Positions 1 to 6,907 of a stretch of DNA of 49,846 nucleotides are shown piece after piece (the stretch's first letter is position 1; the number at the start of each line of letters is the position of its first letter). Source of the stretch: a virus. The stretch is from positions 1 through 49,846 of the IMG/VR virus record IMGVR_UViG_3300045988_134547, one strand, 5' to 3'. The notes under the pieces were generated by a model. That model saw nothing but the letters and a program-made list of their open reading frames with translations, was not told the origin of the DNA and made no database searches. The position numbers were made by a program, and so were the translations under genes.

Positions 1-45
1 CTTTTTTTGTTCCAAAAAAGCAACAAACTTTCGGCTCAAAAAATC

Positions 46-107
46 TTATCGTCTTGGTAACAAAAAACTAACCTAATTGATTGCATCTTTTATTACCTAT
101 ATGGTAA
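46..107. promoter_or_regulatory. OL-like operator cluster: TTATCgtcttGGTAA (46-60), degenerate TAACCtaattGATTG (69-83), perfect palindrome TTACCtatatGGTAA (93-107)
   Basis: Same TTAYC-N5-GGTAA inverted-repeat consensus as the three sites between cI and cro. Centre spacing is 23-24 bp, and the cluster overlaps a sigma70-like promoter. Confidence 0.6.
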
Positions 108-110
108 TAT
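77..110 (+). promoter_or_regulatory. Repressor-controlled early promoter for the plus-strand module (PL-like)
   Basis: TTGCAT (81-86), 18-nt spacer, TAATAT (105-110). An alternative is TTGATT (77-82), 17-nt spacer, TATGGT. It lies directly after the cI-operon terminator and overlaps operator 93-107. Confidence 0.5.
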
Positions 111-116
111 TTGCTT

Positions 117-612
117 ATCAAATTTATAGGACAAGACGATGTTCCTCCAATAAAGACAATTTCAGAATCGGCGCCATGGAGAACTAAACGCCGACGCAGC
201 AGGTAGAAAAAGAACTTGCTAGTGAAAAAATTCGAAACGGCCGATGCAGGCGGTGCTGGTCACGCGAAGGAAGACAATCGAACACCAGCAGTCAGTGAAG
301 TGGATGAGTAAGGCAAACGGTAGCCACGAAACACTTTTCAGCTAGAGACCTCTGACAAATACAGGCATTTGAGATGCACGCAGTATCAAGAACAGCAAAC
401 CTGCGTTGAGGTCCCGAGAAGCTAACCAGATGAGGAAATCAAAACCAAGAACAGAAACTCGGGCGTCCCAGTCTCGTGAACTGGGTGAGCTAAGCGCTCT
501 CGCAAGAGAACTGTAGAGCGCAAACATAAGGGCGTTCCGAACGGTCGGTCAGTAGTTGTAGATCTCCTGAATGGCTTTAATCGGAGTGCCCTTTTGTTTT
601 TAAGGAGCAACA
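117..612 (+). ncRNA. ORF-free, purine-rich ~0.5-kb leader / candidate structured ncRNA
   Basis: No plus-strand ORF of 60 aa or more. Stops of all three kinds occur in every frame. Hairpins at 254-260/284-290, 379-383/401-405, 413-418/458-463, 467-485 and 494-521 (the last with an inner GCAA tetraloop). A ~20-nt direct repeat occurs at 186-204 and 235-254. Confidence 0.35.
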
Positions 613-942
613 ATGAAAGAGATAGTCCACGACAGCGATTGTGCCGTAAACAATGAGCCAGCCTTTCCCGCCGGCCCTTGTGATTGCGGAGCAGAAGCTA
701 GAGCTCAGCGTCGATTCGCGAGAATGCTTTATCAGATTTTTCGTAAGCAGGCGGTTCGCCGGCAAAACGCGCTTCGGTTAGCTCTAGTCCGCGGATTCTG
801 TCGATCAAGAACAGCCGCCAGCAAGGGACTGTTCCTGAATGCGTATCTCCTTCTATTTGGTACCCACGAACGGCAGGCATTCCTGCGGTGGTGTAGCCGA
901 GTGTCGCGCATTCAACGACTCTATCCAGACCATCGTAGTTAA
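613..942 (+). CDS. Questionable ORF; only the first ~28 codons lie outside the antisense WYL-like gene
   Basis: ATG preceded by AAGGAG (602-607, 5-nt spacer). The N-terminus MKEIVHDSDCAVNNEPAFPAGPCDCG looks protein-like. From about 698 onward it runs antisense to a better gene and becomes Arg-rich. Confidence 0.2.
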   Translation: MKEIVHDSDCAVNNEPAFPAGPCDCGAEARAQRRFARMLYQIFRKQAVRRQNALRLALVRGFCRSRTAASKGLFLNAYLLLFGTHERQAFLRWCSRVSRIQRLYPDHRS

Positions 943-1006
943 AGGTCACGATCCTCTTCTCTTTGATAGCAGAGACCAAGAGGATGTACTTGTTAAAGAC
1001 ATTCAT
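698..1006 (-). CDS. Small WYL-like beta-barrel protein, transcribed against the early operon
   Basis: 102 aa with a strong SD (AAGGAAGGAAA before the ATG). The segment RVVECATLGYTTAGMPAVRGYQIEG..GTVPCWRLFLIDRI matches the pattern of stand-alone WYL-domain proteins. Confidence 0.65.
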   Translation of the reverse strand: MNVFNKYILLVSAIKEKRIVTFNYDGLDRVVECATLGYTTAGMPAVRGYQIEGDTHSGTVPCWRLFLIDRIRGLELTEARFAGEPPAYEKSDKAFSRIDAEL

Positions 1007-1191
1007 TTTCCTTCCTTAGAAATTGAGCTTAGACACTTTAATTTTAGGAGGGTGGCGGCTCGGAAAGACGAGCACCATCAAGACCATCTTCATAAGCTCC
1101 CCAGGCTTTTACCAATTTTGTTAGTTCCAATTTTTGCGCTTAGGGGAGCTTTTGAATGTGGTCTTTTTTACATAGTTTTAAGGAGAGAAAA

Positions 1192-1488
1192 ATGATCTTA
1201 TTACCGGACGAGCAAAAGCAGCTCTTTAATTGTGTCATTGACGATCTTCTGAAAGAGCGCGGGTCGGCCCTTTACTTAACTGATGCTCTTGCTTATGCCG
1301 AGCGTGCTGTGGTTTCTGCCCTGCTCAATGGCAAATCCGAGATCACGCTTGATCTTGGTCACGTTGTCCAAACTGCAGAGGCCCAACGGGAAACTAAGGC
1401 GCTCTTCAAGGAGTATGCACAGAATTTCATTTCTGATTTGGCCATTGAAGCGATTGATCACGACATGTACCCAGACGTTAAAAATTAA
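1192..1488 (+). CDS. Hypothetical early protein
   Basis: ATG at 1192 preceded by AAGGAGAG. The listed ORF start at 1156 has no SD. Confidence 0.6.
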   Translation: MILLPDEQKQLFNCVIDDLLKERGSALYLTDALAYAERAVVSALLNGKSEITLDLGHVVQTAEAQRETKALFKEYAQNFISDLAIEAIDHDMYPDVKN

Positions 1489-1492
1489 GGCC

Positions 1493-1522
1493 TTTACAAG
1501 TCTCCATGAAAGTCGCTAAACT
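1493..1522 (+). promoter_or_regulatory. Sigma70-like promoter TTTACA-N18-TAAACT (copy 1 of 2)
   Basis: About 40 nt here are ~85% identical to 9011-9050, including both hexamers and the spacer (CCATGAAAGyCGCTAAACTT). Confidence 0.45.
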
Positions 1523-1570
1523 TATCTTGTCTGCAAAAGCAGATGCGGGCTTGGCGGCCCGAACTACTTA

Positions 1571-1599
1571 GGCGATCAGTCGCCGAAAGGCGTTTTTTT
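1571..1599 (+). terminator. Intrinsic terminator-like hairpins followed by T7
   Basis: GGCGAtcagTCGCC overlaps CGCCgaaaGGCG and is followed by TTTTTTT (1593-1599). Confidence 0.5.
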
Positions 1600-1775
1600 A
1601 TGGCTGATTGCAAGGGTGTCCAGCTTTTGGACTCCCTTTAAAAGTCTCTAATGAGTGAGGCTAAGGGCAGTCGCAAGACTGGCCGTTCCCTAAGTAGCGG
1701 TCCGCCAACCCTTAGACCTTGCTCTCCATCTTGGCGGGTGGAAGTAAGGACAACAAACTTACTTAGGAGACTTAA

Positions 1776-2684
1776 ATGTCATTTCAAAATATCTGTGCCC
1801 CCGCACCGGTTGTTTCTGTTGTGAACAACACTGTTACAGCTCTTTCAACAGACGTTGCCAAACTCTTCAACAAACTCCACAAAGATGTCCTTCGATCTAT
1901 CCGAAGCCTTATAGAGCAAGCCCCTTCGCTTAACGAGCGCAATTTTGCGCTGGTTGAAGTCAAGGACGCAAAGGGAGAAAACAGACCTGCCTACAGAATG
2001 GACCGAAAAGGTTTTGTTCTTTTAGCGATGGGTTTCACAGGAGAAGTTGCCCTAAAGTTCAAAATTGCTTATATCGACACTTTTGACCGGATGGAAGAAC
2101 AACTGCGCAAGCAACAAACTTTTGCTGAGCAGGACAACGCATTAATCTCCAACGAACAGCAGTATGAGCTCTCCAGCCGGGTGATGCGCAAAACTCATGC
2201 TTTGTTTGGAAACAAAAACTACAGCTTTGTTTACCGAGCACTCAAGAGACGCTTCCGCATACCGCGCTACACCTGCCTGCTGCAAAGAGATTTTGAGACC
2301 GCGCTGGCATTCGTTGACGCTCTGAAGGTTTCGGATTTCAATGTGCCGGATGTGAAAGAGGAAAGTCCGGCACCAGAAGTAAAACAGGTGCACGCTAAAT
2401 ACGTCGTTCAGTTTCCAAGCCTCACGATCAGCGCTTCTAACCCTGCACCGTGTCCGGCCATCCCTGCCGTCCCTGTCAGCAAGCATTACATCACTGACAA
2501 TGAGCTGGAGGCGATCAAGTCTTTGATCTATTACTTCGATGACTTGTTCAAGCCGCAAATTCAGTGGGCTTCAAAAGAAGCTTACAGGCAGGGACGCCCT
2601 GACGCTTCCCGCTTCTACGATGTTTGGCATGAACCGATGTGGTTCATCAGCCGAATGAGACAACTTGTTTCTCGTAACTCTTAA
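1776..2684 (+). CDS. Rha-family phage regulatory protein
   Basis: The N-terminus LSTDVAKLFNKLHKDVLRSIRSL...NF...GENRPAYRMDRKGFVLLAMGFTGEVALKFKIAYIDTF is the typical Rha pattern. Confidence 0.8.
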   Translation: MSFQNICAPAPVVSVVNNTVTALSTDVAKLFNKLHKDVLRSIRSLIEQAPSLNERNFALVEVKDAKGENRPAYRMDRKGFVLLAMGFTGEVALKFKIAYIDTFDRMEEQLRKQQTFAEQDNALISNEQQYELSSRVMRKTHALFGNKNYSFVYRALKRRFRIPRYTCLLQRDFETALAFVDALKVSDFNVPDVKEESPAPEVKQVHAKYVVQFPSLTISASNPAPCPAIPAVPVSKHYITDNELEAIKSLIYYFDDLFKPQIQWASKEAYRQGRPDASRFYDVWHEPMWFISRMRQLVSRNS

Positions 2685-2772
2685 CTTCTCTTCTTAAATC
2701 CCCGCCTGAGCGGTAAACAAACTGAACTCCTTGGAGCTCAGGTGGGGAGCCTTTTGCCTATCGGAGGCAATC

Positions 2773-2913
2773 ATGAATAAAAAATTTGATGATCTGTTAG
2801 AGGACGATCTCGCATGTTTCCTCTGCGCTCTGATCGCCTGCGTCCTGTTTTTCGGCACGTTGACCGTAGTCCTGAGCGCCGATGCCTTTCAGCGGTGGCT
2901 GCTATGCATGTAA
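2773..2913 (+). CDS. Small membrane protein (46 aa)
   Basis: ATG at 2773 preceded by GGAGG. One hydrophobic helix (LACFLCALIACVLFFGTLTVVL). Confidence 0.5.
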   Translation: MNKKFDDLLEDDLACFLCALIACVLFFGTLTVVLSADAFQRWLLCM

Positions 2914-3137
2914 CTCCGAGAACGTGCCCCGGGCCAGGAGATCTCTGGCAACTGAGCTGGCAGGAAGAAAAACGGCAAGCCGAATATGAGCGCCTGGTTG
3001 AAAATTTCTTTGAGAAATACATCCCTCGCTACTGTGACGAACGGATCAACGAGCTTGCTGAAGCTGGGGAGGATGAAAGACACCCTGAGATTGAACCGAT
3101 ATTCGACGAGTATCTGAAGGAAAACGAATGGCATTAA
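2904..3137 (+). CDS. Hypothetical acidic protein (77 aa)
   Basis: ATG at 2904 overlaps the stop of the preceding ORF (ATGCATGTAA). The upstream part of the listed ORF (2814-) overlaps the membrane ORF. Confidence 0.5.
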   Translation: MHVTPRTCPGPGDLWQLSWQEEKRQAEYERLVENFFEKYIPRYCDERINELAEAGEDERHPEIEPIFDEYLKENEWH

Positions 3138-3307
3138 AACTCACTGAGAAAGAGAGAAAGCGCCTCTACTACCTCGAGCATCAAGAAGAAATCAAAAAGA
3201 AGGGCAGAGAGTATTACGCGAAAAAAGAAAAACAGAACAGGCAGAAAAAGGCGATTTTTCCGCAAAGACCCTTCTCTGCCTTATTTATTGGAGTAGAAAA
3301 TGACTAA
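3128..3307 (+). CDS. Small basic protein (59 aa; below the ORF-track cutoff)
   Basis: Read by hand: MALKLTEKERKRLYYLEHQEEIKKKGREYYAKKEKQNRQKKAIFPQRPFSALFIGVEND. It overlaps the stops and starts of both neighbours, consistent with translational coupling. Confidence 0.4.
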   Translation: MALKLTEKERKRLYYLEHQEEIKKKGREYYAKKEKQNRQKKAIFPQRPFSALFIGVEND

Positions 3308-4331
3308 TGAAGAACGTACTGCCTGGCTAAATGAACGCCGTACAGGTATCGGCGGCTCCGACGTGGCTGCCGTCCTCGGTCTGAATCCTTGGAAGACGCC
3401 GCTGGACGTTTGGAACGACAAACTCGGACTTTCTGAAGACAAGGGAATGTCCGAGCCTGCTTACTGGGGAACCGTTCTCGAAGATACGGTCGCAAAAGAA
3501 TTTCAGCTGCGCACCGGCAAGAGAGTTCAAAAGGTTTCTCACCAGTTCGCTGATCCGGAAACTCCTTGGGCGATTGCAAACATCGACCGAGCGATTATCA
3601 ATCCTGAGATTGCGGGAAAAGTTCGGCCGCTACTGAAGGTTGAAGAAATTGAGAAGTATGCCGACATCACGGGCGTCGAGCGCATTATTAACACGGATGT
3701 CGCTTTTGAGGCTAAGACGGCAAACGCTTTTACCGCCGATCTCTGGGGCCCTTCTCAGGAGCTGGAGATCAAACAGAACAACCTCAGAACCGAGCATGTG
3801 ATCCCGCTTTACTACGAAACGCAGATTCAATGGTACTGCGGCATTCTGAAGCTCAAAGGAATGTATCTCGCGGTTCTAATCGGAGGATCTGATTTCCGGA
3901 TGTACTGGGTAGATGCTCGTCCGGATGTATTCCAGGTCATCAGGAAAAAATGCTCTGCATTCTGGAACAACTATGTTCTAACTAAAACGCCTCCGGAACC
4001 GATAAACATTGAGGACGTTCTAAAGCTCTACGGGAGATCTAATGGTAAAGCTATCGAAGCTCAAGGTGATCTGGCTATTAACTACGGCGAATATGCTCGT
4101 CTTAATGGCGAAATTAAAGAGCTCAAGAAGCAACAAGACGCGGTTAAGGCAAAGATCGCGATCGACATGAAAGACAACGAAATTCTGACTTTGGATGGCA
4201 AGAAGGTTTTGACGTACAAGACCCAGACATCCAAACGTTTCGATTCAGATTCCTTCCGTGAGGACCATTTGGATGACTATTACGACTACCTCAAGGAATC
4301 CTCAACCCGCGTCATGCGTGTGTGCGCGTAA
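3300..4331 (+). CDS. YqaJ/lambda-Exo-like recombination exonuclease
   Basis: Contains RTGIGGSDVAAVLGLNPWKTPLDVW plus a D..E.K core (NIDRAI...FEAKTA), and lies upstream of recT. Confidence 0.85.
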   Translation: MTNEERTAWLNERRTGIGGSDVAAVLGLNPWKTPLDVWNDKLGLSEDKGMSEPAYWGTVLEDTVAKEFQLRTGKRVQKVSHQFADPETPWAIANIDRAIINPEIAGKVRPLLKVEEIEKYADITGVERIINTDVAFEAKTANAFTADLWGPSQELEIKQNNLRTEHVIPLYYETQIQWYCGILKLKGMYLAVLIGGSDFRMYWVDARPDVFQVIRKKCSAFWNNYVLTKTPPEPINIEDVLKLYGRSNGKAIEAQGDLAINYGEYARLNGEIKELKKQQDAVKAKIAIDMKDNEILTLDGKKVLTYKTQTSKRFDSDSFREDHLDDYYDYLKESSTRVMRVCA

Positions 4332-4554
4332 CCTTTTAGGTTGATGGCTACACAAAATGAGCAGGGTTTCTACTGATAAAAAGAGCGGTTTTGTGTAATA
4401 TTCGCTTCGAGCACTACAGCAAAGTGCACGAAGAAAAGGCTTTCTCGGTTGAGCCAAATCAACCGAGCCAAATTCTCCCAGGCTCGCACACGCGGGCTTT
4501 ATTTTTGCCCTGAGCGTGCCTCTGACTTATTCCTCGCAACTCTTAATCAACTCA

Positions 4555-4579
4555 GCCCCTCCATTTCGAGGGGCTTTTT
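4555..4579 (+). terminator. Intrinsic terminator GCCCCTC-catttc-GAGGGGC-TTTTT
   Basis: Perfect 7-bp GC stem plus T5, 15 nt before the recT ATG. Confidence 0.6.
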
Positions 4580-4593
4580 CATAGGAATTAACT

Positions 4594-5430
4594 ATGTCTA
4601 CATCTGACCAACTCGCCGCCGCTGTCGGCGCTCCCTCTGCACCCGTTGCAAAACCGAAAACGAAAGCGCCGATCATCGTGCAGCAGGTCTTGTCCGACCA
4701 GTTCAAAAAGCAACTGGCCTTGGCTGTTCCGAAGCATCTGAGCGCTGACCGCATGGCAAGAATTGCCGCGACCGAACTGCGTAAAACTCCAGCCCTCCTC
4801 AACACGACCCCGGCCTCCTTCTTGGGTGCCGTGATGCAGTCAGCTCAACTCGGCCTTGAACCCGGTTCTGCCCTCGGTCAAGCCTACCTCGTTCCGTATG
4901 GTAATCAGTGCCAGTTAATTCTTGGTTACCGCGGCATGATTGATTTGGCTCGTCGCTCCGGACAAGTTTTGTCTCTCTCTGCGTTCGCGGTCCACGAAGG
5001 TGACGATTTTAATTATCAGCTTGGCCTACATCCGGACATTCATCACGTGCCGAGTTGTGAAGCCGATCGAGTTAAAAAACCGATCACCTTTGTCTACGCA
5101 GTCGCTAACCTCAAGGGAGGCGGATACCAGTTCGAGGTCATGTCTCGTGCCGAGGTTGAGGCTGTCAAAGCGAAGGCTAAGTCAAAGAATATCTGGAACT
5201 CGTATTTTGAACAGATGGCCCTGAAAACTGTCATCCGCCGCCTATTTAAATATCTGCCTGTTTCAATCGAAGCCCTGCAGATTACAAATGTAGACGCCAA
5301 GAGAGAAGCCGGGGAAAAGATCGACCCGAACGACGTAATCGATATCAATGCTATTTCTGTTGACGATTTCAAAGATATTCAGGACGCCGAAGTCATCGAA
5401 GAACCTCAGGCTCAGGAGGCCACTGCATGA
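4594..5430 (+). CDS. recT: RecT-family single-strand annealing protein
   Basis: SFLGAVMQSAQLGLEPGSALGQAYLVPYGNQCQLILGYRGMIDLARRSG is the RecT core pattern. It is paired with the YqaJ exonuclease. Confidence 0.9.
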   Translation: MSTSDQLAAAVGAPSAPVAKPKTKAPIIVQQVLSDQFKKQLALAVPKHLSADRMARIAATELRKTPALLNTTPASFLGAVMQSAQLGLEPGSALGQAYLVPYGNQCQLILGYRGMIDLARRSGQVLSLSAFAVHEGDDFNYQLGLHPDIHHVPSCEADRVKKPITFVYAVANLKGGGYQFEVMSRAEVEAVKAKAKSKNIWNSYFEQMALKTVIRRLFKYLPVSIEALQITNVDAKREAGEKIDPNDVIDINAISVDDFKDIQDAEVIEEPQAQEATA

Positions 5431-5777
5431 ACAAGTTCTCGAATAAAACAATCGAGCAATTAGCCGAACAGTCGACCAAAAGTGAAAACTGCATAGACCT
5501 AGACGTTATAACAACTCTCGATGTAGTAAACGACGTAAAGCCACTTGATAGTATTGGTGTTTTTGTCGACACGTACCTAAACTTTAGACCGTTCCTAAGT
5601 GATGATGTGTGTGTTTCTTTGATGTTTAGACAAGACCGAATGTTAGAGGGGTGTATTGATCTAGAGATTGATGACGCCGAAAAACTCGGAGAACTTCTTT
5701 TATTCCAGTGCAAAGTCGCACGCCGAGCGCAAGAAAAGAAGCGTCAAATGATAGGGAAAAGCGCACCTGAAATATAA
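5427..5777 (+). CDS. Hypothetical early protein
   Basis: ATGA overlap with the recT stop; 116 aa. Confidence 0.6.
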   Translation: MNKFSNKTIEQLAEQSTKSENCIDLDVITTLDVVNDVKPLDSIGVFVDTYLNFRPFLSDDVCVSLMFRQDRMLEGCIDLEIDDAEKLGELLLFQCKVARRAQEKKRQMIGKSAPEI

Positions 5778-5792
5778 AGCGAATTAACCATG

Positions 5793-5820
5793 AGCCCTGC
5801 GAGAGCGGGGCTTCTCTTTT
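5793..5820 (+). terminator. Hairpin GCCCTGC-gaga-GCGGGGC followed by a T-rich tail
   Basis: 7-bp stem (one G-U pair) with a GNRA loop, then TTCTCTTTT. The next RBS, GGAG, follows directly. Confidence 0.5.
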
Positions 5821-5830
5821 GGAGAAATAA

Positions 5831-6208
5831 ATGTGGAAGATTAAAGATCCGGAATTAAAGCGCAAGATGAATCAGTTCATCTCTGATGAAGGCATTAATC
5901 AATTGTGCAAAAAGCAGATGGAGGGGATATCTAAATGCATATTCTTTTTTGAAGATAGTGGCGTTTCTATTCGGATAGACAAAAGTTTTTTTGAAGAATT
6001 TCCTGAGTACAACCCAGACGGCTGGAACCCGTTCCCGGAGGTTAATCCTCCGGAGTGCGGAGAGTACCTGGTGACATTTAAAGACGAGGATGAAGATTAC
6101 GTGCAGCAAAACTATTTCGACGTGCAGGGAAGATGGGGAACCGCACATTCTGATGTGATTGCTTTTAGGGCCCTTCCCGCCCCATATCAACCGGAGCCGA
6201 ACAAATGA
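5831..6208 (+). CDS. Hypothetical protein with a DUF551-like C-terminal pattern
   Basis: SD TTGGAG. The C-terminus GWNPFPEVNPPECGEYLVTF...VIAFRALPAPY resembles the W..P...vlv...hW.PlP pattern of phage DUF551 proteins. Confidence 0.6.
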   Translation: MWKIKDPELKRKMNQFISDEGINQLCKKQMEGISKCIFFFEDSGVSIRIDKSFFEEFPEYNPDGWNPFPEVNPPECGEYLVTFKDEDEDYVQQNYFDVQGRWGTAHSDVIAFRALPAPYQPEPNK

Positions 6209-6426
6209 AACTAGAACTTGAACACACTGACGATCCCCGCACCCACACTTTTGAAGAGGATGACCAGATCCTTGTGCTTTTAAAAAACGCCGAAACTGGT
6301 GAGTTGTTTTATAGAGTCTTGACGTACACAAGCGGAAGATTTTTAGAAGCTTGCTCGTTACCTGTTGAGTTTGATTTTGATGATGATTTTCCAGAATTGA
6401 TGGGATGGGAAAAAATTGACATTTAA
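6205..6426 (+). CDS. Hypothetical protein (73 aa)
   Basis: ATGA overlap with the upstream stop. Confidence 0.55.
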   Translation: MKLELEHTDDPRTHTFEEDDQILVLLKNAETGELFYRVLTYTSGRFLEACSLPVEFDFDDDFPELMGWEKIDI

Positions 6427-6428
6427 CA

Positions 6429-6450
6429 GCCGCCTTCGGGCGGTTTTCTT
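6429..6450 (+). terminator. Hairpin CCGCC-ttcg-GGCGG followed by TTTTCTTTT
   Basis: UUCG-type tetraloop hairpin, followed immediately by TTGGAG and the ATG at 6462. Confidence 0.5.
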
Positions 6451-6461
6451 TTGGAGAAAAT

Positions 6462-6866
6462 ATGGCAACAAAAATCTACGGATCTTCAGATGATCTGATT
6501 GAGTTTGAAGGTGACATTTACGATGAAATCGGAGCCTATAAAGCTCAGGACAAAGGGATACTTTTATCAGATGGCACAGTGCTTGAATGTTCATATCCTA
6601 AAACTCCTGGCCTTGGGGTTTGGGGATTCAAACTAGTCCGTGCTGGTCGCCTCTTTGATCGAATTGAAGAATGTAATGATGAAAATGCAGAGATTTACTC
6701 TGACATTGTTCACTTCAAAGATGGCCTAACAGACTTTTGGGAAATCATTCCTGAGCATAAACAAAAAGTCCTGGATCTTCTCGATCAACACTGCATAGAA
6801 GACTTTGCCTATGTCAGTCATCACGAAAAACTCATGCAATGTATGTATATCGAGCAAGAGTATTAA
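6462..6866 (+). CDS. Hypothetical protein (134 aa)
   Basis: SD GGAG with a 7-nt spacer. Confidence 0.6.
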   Translation: MATKIYGSSDDLIEFEGDIYDEIGAYKAQDKGILLSDGTVLECSYPKTPGLGVWGFKLVRAGRLFDRIEECNDENAEIYSDIVHFKDGLTDFWEIIPEHKQKVLDLLDQHCIEDFAYVSHHEKLMQCMYIEQEY

Positions 6867-6872
6867 TAAGGC

Positions 6873-6894
6873 GCCCTCTTCGGAGGGCCTTTTT
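6873..6894 (+). terminator. Hairpin GCCCTC-ttcg-GAGGGC followed by a T-run
   Basis: 6-bp GC stem with a UUCG loop, then CTTTTTATT. Confidence 0.55.
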
Positions 6895-6907
6895 ATTGGA
6901 TAGCAAC

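Larger units (their letters stand above)
1..119. repeat. Terminal direct repeat, left copy (identical to 49728-49846)
   Basis: All 119 nt at the window start recur base-for-base at the window end. This is typical of a circular-contig overlap or phage terminal redundancy. Confidence 0.95.

Noticed and set aside
117-612. Possible protein gene read with a reassigned stop codon (recoded phage) in the ORF-free leader
   Set aside because: The interruptions in the most open frame are a mix of TAG, TAA and TGA, so no single reassignment restores an ORF. The rest of the genome is read normally with all three stops.
117-612. CRISPR-like array or tandem toxI-like repeat array in the leader
   Set aside because: There is only one imperfect ~20-nt direct repeat pair (186-204 and 235-254) and scattered RAAAC words. 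There are no regularly spaced identical repeats and no cas or toxN-like gene.
1109-1123. Additional operator half-match TTACCaatttTGTTA between the WYL-like gene and ORF 1192
   Set aside because: Only one half-site matches the TTAYC-N5-GGTAA consensus. It may be chance, so it is not called as a feature.
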